Shown piece after piece: positions 1-11,853 of a stretch of DNA of 64,000 nucleotides (the first letter of the stretch is position 1; every line of letters starts with the position of its first letter). A program made the position numbers and the translations under genes. Below the pieces are notes generated by a model. It was not told the origin of the DNA and ran no database searches. It saw only the letters and a program-made list of their open reading frames with translations. Source of the stretch: Cyanobacteriota bacterium (GTDB taxonomy: Bacteria > Cyanobacteriota > Cyanobacteriia > Thermostichales > Thermostichaceae); contig JANRIL010000044.1 in the NCBI GenBank assembly GCA_033764955.1, forward strand, positions 32,001 to 96,000. The letters run 5' to 3'.

Positions 1-264
1 ACTCTGACGGCAGGGATGGTAGCTGCCACTCAGATCGGGACGGCTCAGGGGATTGGGGACTCTGGACAGGCGATTGCCGTCAAAACGGGGACATCAGCGC
101 GGCTGGCTCATCCACAGTGGGCAGAAGACTTTCAAGCTTGGTTAGGGGCTTTTTGGCCGGCTCAGGATCCCTTATGGGCGATGCTTCTCTATCTGCATCG
201 GGGCAAAGCCTACCAAGGAGGCATTGGGTTGGCGCGCCAGATCATCACCGCCCAATCCAACTAG
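1..264 (+). CDS. Penicillin-binding protein / transpeptidase domain, C-terminal fragment (5' truncated by window edge)
   Basis: Frame is open from position 1; contains GT(A)...AVKTGTS (KTG triad) followed by a W-x-G-x-x-P-x-x-D-P strand typical of PBP transpeptidase C-termini. Confidence 0.65.
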   Translation, partial: TLTAGMVAATQIGTAQGIGDSGQAIAVKTGTSARLAHPQWAEDFQAWLGAFWPAQDPLWAMLLYLHRGKAYQGGIGLARQIITAQSN

Positions 265-658
265 CCCTCCCTTAAAAAACTATCCGCTCCCAATCCGAGT
301 CGCCAAAGGGGGCAAAGCAGGGAGAGGGAGCGGTCTAGCGGGTCAACAAAGTTGAAACCAGACTGCCGGGAGGAAACCCCAGTCGGGCAAACCTTGAAGC
401 CACATCAGCGTCCTGAAGGGTCTAGGCTTTGTCTCAACTAGAGAACAGCCCCGGCGCACAGCCGATTCAATTCAACGTGATGACCCTGACGTTTACTACT
501 ATCTTGCATCCACAAGTCTCCCTTACTAAACGACCCTACGAGATTAGCACAACCGAACACCAGACTCAGCCCTGGATAAGCTTTCCTTGGCGAATTTGCT
601 AAAGATCCTAGTTATGCTTATAGGCAACCATCCGATGCGGCTCACAAGAGGAGTTCCG

Positions 659-1153
659 GTGACTAGTCAACCTTCTATCTCTGATACCCAGGGTGAACGC
701 AAGCAAGTCCGGCATGTCATGGTGATTGACGATAACAAAGGACGGCGCACGATCTCTCTGGAAGCTGCCACCTACTCAATTGGCCGGGATCCCAGTAACG
801 GTATTGTTCTCAACTCCAGTTTTGCCTCCCGCCAACATGCCATCCTGTTGCGAGTCCCCATTCCAGGGGCTAACGCCTACTTATTTCGGATTATTGATGG
901 CAATTTGCAGGGCAAGCGCAGCACCAACGGCATTACCGTGAATGGGCAACGCTGCTATTCCCATGACCTCAGCCACGGCGACATCATCATCTTTAGCAGC
1001 GATGTGACCGCGGGCTATTATGTCAGCGCCAACCTCTCTAACGAAGAATTTGCCCGTTATACCGAGAAAGTGGATTTTCGCAGTGCCAAATTTCAATCCA
1101 GTGATCCCCATCAAACCAGCTTTGAGCGCCTGCCGCCCCGGCTACAAAACTGA
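659..1153 (+). CDS. FHA domain-containing protein
   Basis: IGR-D...SRQHA...STNG FHA motifs; GTG start at 659 preceded by GAGGAG (ORF could extend to 587). Confidence 0.9.
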   Translation: MTSQPSISDTQGERKQVRHVMVIDDNKGRRTISLEAATYSIGRDPSNGIVLNSSFASRQHAILLRVPIPGANAYLFRIIDGNLQGKRSTNGITVNGQRCYSHDLSHGDIIIFSSDVTAGYYVSANLSNEEFARYTEKVDFRSAKFQSSDPHQTSFERLPPRLQN

Positions 1154-1467
1154 GGGGAATTTCCTGGCCTGACTTGCCCTCCACTCCGTCACCTCCGATG
1201 ATAGAAGAGGGATCCCTTGTGGCTATTTTCATCCAGAAGGTTGAGTTTGGCAGGGCAAATGGGCAAGCTAGGCTTTATCCCGTTCCCGTCTTCAACCAGA
1301 GCTAGCCCGTGACTGGATGCTCTCGTTCCGCAAGCTACGACTACCGCAAGCGTATGGTGTAGGTGAGACATGGGTAGGTTTGGCATAGTCAGCGATCCTG
1401 GCGACCCCGCTGCACGTATCTTTCAAGAGACATGGTGTGGAAGGGATCCCTGGCAAGGAGGTGAGCG

Positions 1468-2130
1468 ATGAAGCGTGTTTTAGTGGTGGATGATGATCCG
1501 ATTTCCTTAAAAGTTTTGAGTCGGCACCTAGCCCAACACGGTTACCGAGTTTGTACGGGGGTGTCAGGGGTGGAAGGATTGAAGCTGTTTGGGCAAGAGA
1601 CGCCTGATGTGGTGGTGTCGGATGTGATGATGCCCGATATGGATGGCTTCGAGTTTTGCCATCAATTGCGCCAACAACGGGGGGGGGAACTGGTTCCTTT
1701 CATCTTTTTGTCTTCTCGTGGAGAGGTGGAAGATCGGGTGCAGGGGTATGAGTGGGGAGCCGATGACTATATGATCAAGCCCGTGGAACCACGGGAATTA
1801 GTCGCTAAAATTGAATCTCAAATTGAACGTTCGCGGCGGATGCAAGCGGAGATCCTGCGGTTAATTCAAAAGCAGCCGGAACCGGTGGCCGTAGTTAGCC
1901 CTCCTCAGCCCGTCGATCTGCCCCTGACGGCGGCGGAAGAGCGGGTGTTTCGAGAAGTGATCCGCGGAGCCACCAACAAACAAATTGGTGAGAAACTCTA
2001 TATCAGTCCCCGCACCGTGCAAACCCATCTGACCAACATTTTGAGCAAGCTCTCCCTAGAAAATCGTGCCCAACTGGTGCGTTTTGCTTTTGAACAGGGC
2101 TATTCGCGGGGAGAGGTGGAATCCCCCTAG
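1468..2130 (+). CDS. NarL/LuxR-family response regulator
   Basis: REC domain (VDDD, DVMMP, KP) plus LuxR HTH (LTAAE...TNKQIGEKLYISPRTVQTH). Confidence 0.93.
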   Translation: MKRVLVVDDDPISLKVLSRHLAQHGYRVCTGVSGVEGLKLFGQETPDVVVSDVMMPDMDGFEFCHQLRQQRGGELVPFIFLSSRGEVEDRVQGYEWGADDYMIKPVEPRELVAKIESQIERSRRMQAEILRLIQKQPEPVAVVSPPQPVDLPLTAAEERVFREVIRGATNKQIGEKLYISPRTVQTHLTNILSKLSLENRAQLVRFAFEQGYSRGEVESP

Positions 2131-2154
2131 AAGCCGGGATCCCCATCTTCCTGC

Positions 2155-3423
2155 CTACGCGAAGGTCTCTGAGAAAAACGCTACTGCCTCCCGTAGGCTG
2201 GCCAAAAAGGTATCGATATCCGCCAGGGTGTTGTAAAGATAAACACTGGCTCTGGCGGTAGATGGCACCTGCAAATAGCGGTGGAGGGGTTGGGTGCAGT
2301 GGTGTCCAGCGCGAATGGCGATCCCCGCTTGATCGAGTAAGGTCGAAAGATCGTGGGGGTGAATGGCGGCGGCGGAGAAACTGACCAAACCGGAGCGATG
2401 CTGCCGCGATCCATAGACGGTGATCCCAGGAATCTCCTGGATCCCTTGCAGTAAATGGTGGGTCAGGGCTTGTTCGTGGGCATGAATTCGTTCCAGGCCA
2501 ATCGTTTGTAAATAATCCACCGCCGCCCCTAGCCCGACCGCTTGGGCAATCGCCGGAGTGCCGGCTTCAAACTTGTGGGGCACATCAGCATAGGTGGCGT
2601 GATCCAAAAAGACATCCGCGATCATCTCTCCTCCCCCCAAAAAGGGCGGCATCGATCTCAGGAGATCGAGCTTGCCATAAAGGCAGCCAATCCCCGTTGG
2701 GCCACACATTTTGTGACCGGAAAAAACCAGCCAATCACAGTCCATCTGCTGCACATTCACCGCCATGTGGGGAATACTTTGGCAGGCATCCACCAACACT
2801 TTCGCGCCGTAGTGGTGGGCTTTAGCGATGATCGTTTCCACTGGATTAATGGATCCCAGCATGTTAGAGACATGCACGACGGCGACCAGTTTGGTTCGGT
2901 CATGCAGCAGCGAAGCAAACTGATCGAGATCTAAGTTGCCCTGGCTATCTAACTCAATAAACCGCAAAATGGCTCCCGTTTTCCGGGCAATCAGTTGCCA
3001 GGGAATCAGATTGCTGTGGTGCTCCATCACCGACAAAATGATCTCGTCCCCCGCCTGTAGGCTAGACAAACCCCAGCTATAGGCCACCAAATTGATGGCT
3101 TCGCTGGCATTGCGGGTATAGATGATCTGCTGGGGAGATGCTGCGCCGATCAAGCTGGCAATTTTTTGCCTGGCTCCTTCATAGGCATCGGTGGCTTCAT
3201 TACTGAGGGTATGTACTCCCCGATGCACGTTGGCGTTGGAGTGACGGTAGTAATGATTCAGGGCATCCAGGACGGCTTGGGGTTTTTGGGAGGTGGCCGC
3301 ATTATCCAAGTAGACGAGCGGATGACCATGTACCTGCCGCTGCAAAATCGGAAAGTCACTCCGCACCTCTAGCGCTAGATCATCGGTGGAAGGAGTGAAA
3401 GGAGCAGTCAGAGTGGAAGTCAT
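2155..3423 (-). CDS. sufS: SufS-family cysteine desulfurase
   Basis: YLDNAATSQKP, SGHK PLP lysine, RAGHHC catalytic Cys; start taken at MTSTL. Confidence 0.95.
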   Translation of the reverse strand: MTSTLTAPFTPSTDDLALEVRSDFPILQRQVHGHPLVYLDNAATSQKPQAVLDALNHYYRHSNANVHRGVHTLSNEATDAYEGARQKIASLIGAASPQQIIYTRNASEAINLVAYSWGLSSLQAGDEIILSVMEHHSNLIPWQLIARKTGAILRFIELDSQGNLDLDQFASLLHDRTKLVAVVHVSNMLGSINPVETIIAKAHHYGAKVLVDACQSIPHMAVNVQQMDCDWLVFSGHKMCGPTGIGCLYGKLDLLRSMPPFLGGGEMIADVFLDHATYADVPHKFEAGTPAIAQAVGLGAAVDYLQTIGLERIHAHEQALTHHLLQGIQEIPGITVYGSRQHRSGLVSFSAAAIHPHDLSTLLDQAGIAIRAGHHCTQPLHRYLQVPSTARASVYLYNTLADIDTFLASLREAVAFFSETFA

Positions 3424-3592
3424 GGGGAGGGATCCAAGTGGGCTTCTATGCTTCAGTATGGCACTTGACGTGGATTCTGTAGTGTAGCTAACGGGGAGGA
3501 TCCTGCTGCTACCCGCCACGGTTGTCAGGGATCCCTAAATTGTCAACTAAGCTAGAAGTGATGCCTTTTTTCTGCCTCGATGTTTGTTATCT

Positions 3593-3955
3593 ATGGGTCG
3601 TTCTAAACCTTCTCCACCGGATCGCGCCAAAACCCTGCTTCGGCAAAGTCAGCCGCTGCTGCTGGAGGTTTTCACCGAGGCTCGCCTCCTTTTCAAGCGT
3701 TGGGATAGCCACCTGGATCGGATGATCCGGCAACGGGGCATGAAGGTGGATGCGTCGGTTCCGAAAGTTCTGATTTATGTGTTGCTAGCGGTTGTGATTT
3801 TGCTGATTCCACCCCTAACCCTTGTGGTGGTGATCGTGGGCTTAACTTGGTTTGCCATCCGCCTGATCAGCAAGCAGCAGCAGCAACAACAGGCAAACCG
3901 CTATCAACGGCAGCGCCAATATTTGACGAAGGGGGAAGCGGAGGAAGATCCTTAA
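3593..3955 (+). CDS. Small membrane protein of unknown function
   Basis: ORF with a hydrophobic hairpin and poly-Q tail; overlaps the stop of the convergent gene by 4 nt. Confidence 0.6.
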   Translation: MGRSKPSPPDRAKTLLRQSQPLLLEVFTEARLLFKRWDSHLDRMIRQRGMKVDASVPKVLIYVLLAVVILLIPPLTLVVVIVGLTWFAIRLISKQQQQQQANRYQRQRQYLTKGEAEEDP

Positions 3956-4221
3956 ATCGGGGATTTGGGATAGCGAGCTTTGGTCACAATGATGATGCTA
4001 ATCAGCAGAATGGTAACGGTGTTGGCAACCGTAATCGCCAGATCGTGGCGCAATATTCCATAGATATCCCACATGACAATCCCCACCCCAAATAGGAGTA
4101 AATAAGGCCAGGAAAAATCCTCAGCACTGCGGCTTTGCCAGGTTTTGCGAGCTTGCGGAAAGAAGCTGGCGGTGGTTAAACAGCCCGCCAATAGACCGAT
4201 CCAACTGGTGACATCGTTCAT
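3952..4221 (-). CDS. SemiSWEET / PQ-loop (MtN3) transporter
   Basis: GCLTTASFFPQ..KTWQSRSAEDFS PQ-loop motif, 3 TM helices, 89 aa. Confidence 0.88.
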   Translation of the reverse strand: MNDVTSWIGLLAGCLTTASFFPQARKTWQSRSAEDFSWPYLLLFGVGIVMWDIYGILRHDLAITVANTVTILLISIIIVTKARYPKSPI

Positions 4222-4242
4222 GGTCGTCCTCTTGAAATCCCC

Positions 4243-5412
4243 TTAGTCTTTTTGAAATCCTCGCAGGCAATGCTCATTAGCGGTCAAACCTCGCCCTTGT
4301 AAGAGTACCCAAAACCCACCCAATCCCAGGGGATCCATCAGGCTATGCAGGCGATGTCGCCGCTGCCAAATCTCTCCTAAGGGCTGATGGGAAGAATGAC
4401 TTAACTGGGCTATGCGATCTAGTAACCCCAGATGGGCTAAAAAGCTATCTTGCTTGACCAATCCCAGAGGGCGCAACCCATAGTGCTCTCCATAGCGCTG
4501 AAGGGCGGTGAAATCGACATGGGCGGTGAGATCTTGGGATCCCATTTGCTGATAGTAATCGGTGTGGGTGGTATGTTGGCGATAACAGAGCAGGCTGCCC
4601 TGGCTGCGACTGGGATGGTAGTAGCGCTCGGCAGAATAACCATAATCAATGGTCAGCAGATATCCTCTGGACAGCTTGGCTGCCACCTGCCTTAGCCAGT
4701 CTCTCACACCAAGATTCACCTCCGTATGATAGCCATCAGGGTAGATGGGATCCGTCAGATCCATGCCGATTATTGGCCAATGTTCCATTAACTCAGGTGT
4801 CGAGGGATCCCCCGTCACCTCCTGCCAGCTTCCCTGTTCGTCTAGGGTGAGATAGATTTCTTGCACCTGACCGGACTGCACCACCAGCCGATGCACAGGA
4901 AAAGCATCCACCAATTCGTTAGCAAAAAAACACCCCGTCACCGACTGATCGGGTAAATCCTCCCAATCCAACCAACGCACCTGGGAAAACCCAGCCAGTC
5001 GCTCCTCCTGCTGGGGTCGCCAAGCCGCCGATTTTTCCAGGATCCCGTAGGCAATCCCCTCGGCAAACTCAGGATGGTGTCCCTCCAAATAGGTGAGAAT
5101 ATCCGCCGCCAGCTTGCCGGAGGCGGATCCCATCTCGATCAGGCTAAAGGGGCGCGGGCACCCCAAAACCTGCCACATCTCAAGTAGTTGTTCCGCTAAT
5201 AACTCACCAAAGTCACTGGTCAGCTCAGGGGCTGTCAAAAAATCTCCCTGACGGGTGATCTTCACCTGCCCAGACGTGTAGTAGCCATAATCGGGGTGGT
5301 AGAGGAGCGCCTCCATCACCTGGGCAAACGTCAAGCGCTGATGCTCCATCACCTGTGAGCGCAGCCAAGTCGCTAAATCCCCCTCAACAGAGGAGATGAG
5401 GGAAGAGGACAT
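4243..5412 (-). CDS. SAM-dependent methyltransferase, MidA/NDUFAF7 family
   Basis: LYHPDYGYY, GDFLTAPE, ANELVDAFP, IDYG, QDLTAHVDF motifs. Confidence 0.9.
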   Translation of the reverse strand: MSSSLISSVEGDLATWLRSQVMEHQRLTFAQVMEALLYHPDYGYYTSGQVKITRQGDFLTAPELTSDFGELLAEQLLEMWQVLGCPRPFSLIEMGSASGKLAADILTYLEGHHPEFAEGIAYGILEKSAAWRPQQEERLAGFSQVRWLDWEDLPDQSVTGCFFANELVDAFPVHRLVVQSGQVQEIYLTLDEQGSWQEVTGDPSTPELMEHWPIIGMDLTDPIYPDGYHTEVNLGVRDWLRQVAAKLSRGYLLTIDYGYSAERYYHPSRSQGSLLCYRQHTTHTDYYQQMGSQDLTAHVDFTALQRYGEHYGLRPLGLVKQDSFLAHLGLLDRIAQLSHSSHQPLGEIWQRRHRLHSLMDPLGLGGFWVLLQGRGLTANEHCLRGFQKD

Positions 5413-5438
5413 CAGGGATCCCTCTCAAGGATGACAAC

Positions 5439-5984
5439 TTAATAGGCATCCTGTAACTCGTAAAAGTCAGGGGTGATATAGTCTTTACGCATCGGCCACC
5501 CTACCCAATCTTCCGGCATCAAAATGCGCTTCAGGTTGGGATGTCCCTCATAGATAATGCCGTACATATCATAGGATTCCCGTTCCTGCCAGTCGGCAGA
5601 TTTCCAGATCCAATAGACGGAGGGCAGACGGGGATCCTGGCGGGGTACGCTCACCTTAACCCGTACTTCGGCGGGACGATCTGCCTGATCCGTGACTTTG
5701 ATCAGGTGCAGGACGCTCACCAACGGTTGCCCTGCTCCCAAATCGTAGGCACATTGGTATTGTAAATAATTAAATCCATAGGCATAGAGGGCGGTGCAGA
5801 GGGGCAGCAAAAACTCCCGTTCTACCCCCAAAACCTCCACTTCCGCGTGATCTCGCCCCAAAACCTCGTGGTCAAAGCCATTCTCAACAAGAAACTGAGA
5901 AACTGGCCCCCGCTCCACCGTGGCTACTGCGGCGGAAGTAGACTCCGCTGGTTCTGGCTGTTGGGGGTCGGTAGTGGTGGTCAT
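5439..5984 (-). CDS. ndhJ: NAD(P)H-quinone oxidoreductase subunit J
   Basis: [29 protein letters not shown]; position in ndhCKJ. Confidence 0.97.
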   Translation of the reverse strand: MTTTTDPQQPEPAESTSAAVATVERGPVSQFLVENGFDHEVLGRDHAEVEVLGVEREFLLPLCTALYAYGFNYLQYQCAYDLGAGQPLVSVLHLIKVTDQADRPAEVRVKVSVPRQDPRLPSVYWIWKSADWQERESYDMYGIIYEGHPNLKRILMPEDWVGWPMRKDYITPDFYELQDAY

Positions 5985-5985
5985 C

Positions 5986-6750
5986 TCAGTTGCCTCCCCG
6001 CAGCGCTTTCACTTCTTCAGGGGAGAGCCGCAAATCGGCAGTCTGGAGCGCGGGAGGAACGGGTAAGCCAATGGCTGCCGCCAATTCGGGAGGAGGCGCT
6101 TGCCGAGATTCACTCTCCAAATATTCCCCGGTCAGGATTTCCGGTACAGCTTGCATGCTGTGGCTAACGGTGTGATAGCGGTGGGTGGGCAAAAGGTAGC
6201 TGCGTTCCCGCATATCTTCCGCCGCAATTTTTTTCCGCAGCTTGACGATGGCATCCATGATTGCCTCGGGGCGGGGTGGGCAACCGGGGATATAGACATC
6301 CACAGGGATTAACTTATCCACACCTCGCACGGCGGTATAGGAGTCAGAACTAAACATACCCCCCGTGATGGTGCAGGCTCCCATGGCGATTACATATTTG
6401 GGTTCTGGCATCTGTTGATAAAGCTTGACAAGGGCGGGAGCCATTTTCATGGTCACGGTTCCCGCCGTGATGATCAGATCAGCCTGTCGGGGGGAAGAAC
6501 GGGGCAATAACCCAAACCGATCAAAATCGAAGCGGGATCCGATCATGGCGGCAAACTCAATGAAGCAGCAGGCGGTGCCGTAGAGCAACGGCCACAGACT
6601 AGACATCTTGGCCCAATTGTAGAGGTCATTGACCGTCGTCAAAACGACATTGTTGGAGAGATCGGAGGTAACCTGGGGAGCCAGCGGCGGAAACATCAAC
6701 TCAGGCGGTGCTGCTTGGGCGGCGGTTGGGGCTGTCAAATTATCATTCAT
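5986..6750 (-). CDS. ndhK: NAD(P)H-quinone oxidoreductase subunit K
   Basis: [21 protein letters not shown] Fe-S ligands; start overlaps the ndhC stop (ATGA), alternative start 6756. Confidence 0.97.
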   Translation of the reverse strand: MNDNLTAPTAAQAAPPELMFPPLAPQVTSDLSNNVVLTTVNDLYNWAKMSSLWPLLYGTACCFIEFAAMIGSRFDFDRFGLLPRSSPRQADLIITAGTVTMKMAPALVKLYQQMPEPKYVIAMGACTITGGMFSSDSYTAVRGVDKLIPVDVYIPGCPPRPEAIMDAIVKLRKKIAAEDMRERSYLLPTHRYHTVSHSMQAVPEILTGEYLESESRQAPPPELAAAIGLPVPPALQTADLRLSPEEVKALRGGN

Positions 6751-7109
6751 GACCATTCCAATGCTCCTTTTCTCCATGCATAGACCAGACCCACCACCAA
6801 AATGGCGATAAAGATGAGGGCTTCTACAAACGCTAACAAGCCTAACCGATGAAATGCCACCGCCCAGGGATAAAGAAAGACCGTTTCCACATCAAAGATG
6901 ACAAAAACAAGGGCAAACATGTAGTAGCGAATGTTGAACTGAATCCAAGCTTGTCCGAAGGGATCAATGCCCGATTCGTAGGTGCTGCGGCGTAAGGCTC
7001 CGCGACGGCTGGGAGCCAGCAAGGCTGAAGCAACCAAAGCCGCCACCGGTAACAAAGCGCACAACAGCAGGAAAACCAAAAAGTAATCGTAACCGGTCAG
7101 GACAAACAC
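6747..7109 (-). CDS. ndhC: NAD(P)H-quinone oxidoreductase subunit 3
   Basis: [25 protein letters not shown]. Confidence 0.97.
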   Translation of the reverse strand: MFVLTGYDYFLVFLLLCALLPVAALVASALLAPSRRGALRRSTYESGIDPFGQAWIQFNIRYYMFALVFVIFDVETVFLYPWAVAFHRLGLLAFVEALIFIAILVVGLVYAWRKGALEWS

Positions 7110-7245
7110 AGGGTGCTCAACAATAAGTTACGCTCTCAGCATACCGTGATTTTTTGGCTTCACCGCACTTCCCCAGCCCTGATCCGGGGGATCTCAGGAT
7201 TGAAAAATCAGATGGTAGGGATAGGCAGAATGGGGGGAGGGATCC

Positions 7246-8778
7246 CTAGTTGAGGAGACCTAACCATTCCGCCAAAAATGGGGGGAGCGGCAGGATAATC
7301 ATCACCAAAAAGGTGAGAATCAGTAATCCCAGCAGGTCGCGTCCTTCGTTGAGTTCAGTGACATCGTTGAGGGTGGGTTCATCGGCACTGGAGATAAAAA
7401 ACAATAAAAGCGCCCACAGCAATAGCCAGGGCTGCACGGTCAGCGCCAAGAGTAATACCAGCAGGCGGGTTACCCGTCCCACATTCGCCCCCACCTGTTG
7501 TCCATAGACGGCATGAACAATATGTCCACCATCCAGTTGACCAATCGGCATCAGATTGAGGGCAATCACCAACAACCCCAGCCATCCGGCAAAAGCGAGG
7601 GGATGCAGTTGAATAACATAGCCCGGAACAAGGGTGGATCCCATGATCAGGCGAGCCAGTACCCCCAGCAACAGAGAGAACTTAGGATCCATGGTTTGGA
7701 AGATGAGCAAGTTGGGCTGGTTGGGTTCGGTTGGCGGGGCGATTTCCGTTTCGGAGAGGCTTAACCCCACCCCCAACATCAGGAGAGCTACGATTCCTCC
7801 AGCCAATGGACCAGCCACCCCCAGATCAAAGAGCGCCTTGCGGTGGGGAACGGGTTCTTTAATCTGGACAAAAGCTCCGAAGGTACCCAGGGCAAAGGGA
7901 ATAGGGATGAAATAGGGCAGGGACGTTTGGATGCGATAGCGACGAGCCATCCAGTAGCGAGCCAGTTCATGGGATCCCAGAATGGCCACGATGGCGAGGG
8001 CATAGGGGAGGCCAACCAGCAGATGTTGGGGGGCTAAGACAAACTGGAGGGGCAACAGTTGCGCCGGATCTACTCCGGCGGCAAAGGCTCCGGCACTGAG
8101 GGTGCAATAGACCGTACAGAGCAGCAGCGTTATCGCCAGACCGGGCTGCTCAGCCGTTGTGGAGGGGTCGCGGCGAGCGGCGGGGTTGGGCACTAGGGCA
8201 AAAAAGGGCTTTCCGGCAAATCCCTCTTGCAAAACCACCAAGAAGCGATTGCCGAAGGTCTGTTCTACATTGGCGCGCACCAGATCATAGGCTTCGCTGG
8301 CATCCACCCGCAGATTGCCCCGACAGATGATGGCTTGGGGGCGATATTCCACATTCTGCAAATAAAAAACATTCCACGGAAAGCAGCCACTCAAATGTTC
8401 GCGGGGAACTTCGGAAATGGGGGTATGGTTGAGGGCGGCAGCCATAGCAGGGCTAGTGGGAGGGATAGGGTAAACCGATGGCTGTGCTGATGGGGAGGGC
8501 TGAGCCTCTGGGGATGGGGTCGGTGCTCCCATCGTTTGCTGTTTGGCACGGCGCAGCAACAGCACCACCACCACGTAGGATCCGAAAAAAAGGATTAACT
8601 TTAGCCAGGCAGGCAAGTCATAGGCAAACACCTGCTTACTCACCACCACAGCACTGGGAGGGGTGATCATGACCATCCACAGGAGTTTCCAGGGAAGTGT
8701 GGGGAGGCGGGTGAGCGTCCAGCGCAGGAGAATGTAAAATCCCCAGCCAACTAGGGCAAGAAGAATCCAGTCTGCCAT
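7246..8778 (-). CDS. Site-2 protease (M50) family membrane metalloprotease, EGY1-like
   Basis: HELAR (HExxH variant), AGP, NLMPIGQLDGGH. Confidence 0.88.
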   Translation of the reverse strand: MADWILLALVGWGFYILLRWTLTRLPTLPWKLLWMVMITPPSAVVVSKQVFAYDLPAWLKLILFFGSYVVVVLLLRRAKQQTMGAPTPSPEAQPSPSAQPSVYPIPPTSPAMAAALNHTPISEVPREHLSGCFPWNVFYLQNVEYRPQAIICRGNLRVDASEAYDLVRANVEQTFGNRFLVVLQEGFAGKPFFALVPNPAARRDPSTTAEQPGLAITLLLCTVYCTLSAGAFAAGVDPAQLLPLQFVLAPQHLLVGLPYALAIVAILGSHELARYWMARRYRIQTSLPYFIPIPFALGTFGAFVQIKEPVPHRKALFDLGVAGPLAGGIVALLMLGVGLSLSETEIAPPTEPNQPNLLIFQTMDPKFSLLLGVLARLIMGSTLVPGYVIQLHPLAFAGWLGLLVIALNLMPIGQLDGGHIVHAVYGQQVGANVGRVTRLLVLLLALTVQPWLLLWALLLFFISSADEPTLNDVTELNEGRDLLGLLILTFLVMIILPLPPFLAEWLGLLN

Positions 8779-8960
8779 GCGTGCGGTTTGTCCTTCGAGA
8801 TGGGCAAAAGCCAGTCAGCACTCACCCTCCCTAGGATCAAGGGGAGGCTCTACCCTTCCCTATGAGCAAGCTAGCTAGCCCATCCATTCTACTGCACCAC
8901 CTGAGCTAGCCAAAACCACCTCTGGGTAGTCCTTTCTGGACAGCAGGGTAGGGTGAGCGT

Positions 8961-10676
<1,716 letters not shown>

Positions 10677-10949
10677 TCAGGGCTACCTTTGATTTAAGCA
10701 GGACAAGGGATCCCTAGTTGCTCTATTTTGCCCATCTCAATCTGGAGCAAGGGGGCTAGAGCGCAGACAACATCCTGCTCGGTCTGGCTGATTGCCTACG
10801 ATCCCATGAGTCCCCACCGTTGAGGGTCTTCAGTCACTACGGAGACAGTCAGGGGAATGTGACTAGGGAAGGGATCCCTTGATAACGCTTATCATGAGAG
10901 GTAACAAAATGTAACAGACCTCCCACGTATTCTTTTCTCAGGAGCATTT

Positions 10950-11837
10950 GTGCTGACTGCTTCCCCACCCCTTGATCGTTTGACCTGGACATGGCAGGGT
11001 TACCCCATTCAATACACCGTGATGGGATCCGGTCAGCCGCTGCTGTTGATTCATGGCTTTGGCGCTTCTATTGGGCATTGGCGTCAGAATATTCCGGTGC
11101 TAGCGGAGGCAGGCTATCAGGTCTGGGCGATTGACCTGTTGGGGTTTGGCGGTTCAGGGAAACCTCCGATTGCCTACAGCCTATCCGTCTGGCAGGAGAT
11201 GCTCAAGGATTTTTGGCAGCAGCACATGCAAAAACCCACTATCTTTGTGGGCAACTCAATTGGAGGGCTGCTCAGCTTGATGATGGTGGCGGATCATCCT
11301 GACTTGGCGGCGGGAGCGATCTTGCTCAACTGTGCGGGCGGACTCAATCATCGCGCCGACGAACTCAACCCTTTTCTTGCCCTGATCATGGCTAGCTTTA
11401 CCCGCCTGGTGGCAACGCCGATCATCGGGGAATGGCTGTTTGAGCAGATTCGGCAAAAATCACGGATTCGTAGCACCTTGCAGCAGGTTTATTGCCATCC
11501 GGCGGCGATCACCGATGAGTTGGTGGATTTGCTCTATCAACCCGCCTGTGATGTAGGGGCACAAAAGGTGTTTGCCTCGATTTTGACGGCTCCGGCAGGC
11601 CCCCGCCCAGAAGAACTGTTGCCTAAGCTGCGCCATCCCCTGCTGGTGTTGTGGGGAGAAGGGGATCCCTGGACACCTATTCAACGGGGCAAAACTTTTG
11701 AACAGTATGTTTCGAATCTCGATTATCAATTCATCGGCATTCCTGAGACCGGACATTGCCCCCATGATGAGCGCCCGGAGTTGGTGAACCGCTTAATGCT
11801 CGATTGGCTCGACCAACGGTTCTCTAGGCAAAACTAG
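10950..11837 (+). CDS. Alpha/beta-fold hydrolase
   Basis: HGFGA, GNSIGG nucleophile elbow, GHCPHDE. Confidence 0.92.
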   Translation: MLTASPPLDRLTWTWQGYPIQYTVMGSGQPLLLIHGFGASIGHWRQNIPVLAEAGYQVWAIDLLGFGGSGKPPIAYSLSVWQEMLKDFWQQHMQKPTIFVGNSIGGLLSLMMVADHPDLAAGAILLNCAGGLNHRADELNPFLALIMASFTRLVATPIIGEWLFEQIRQKSRIRSTLQQVYCHPAAITDELVDLLYQPACDVGAQKVFASILTAPAGPRPEELLPKLRHPLLVLWGEGDPWTPIQRGKTFEQYVSNLDYQFIGIPETGHCPHDERPELVNRLMLDWLDQRFSRQN

Positions 11838-11853
11838 CCGGGATCCCTTTTGT

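Noticed and set aside
300..560. GGGCAAACC resembling a c-di-GMP-I riboswitch upstream of the FHA gene
   Set aside because: The GNRA-capped P2 and GACGCAAAG-type conserved segments are not present
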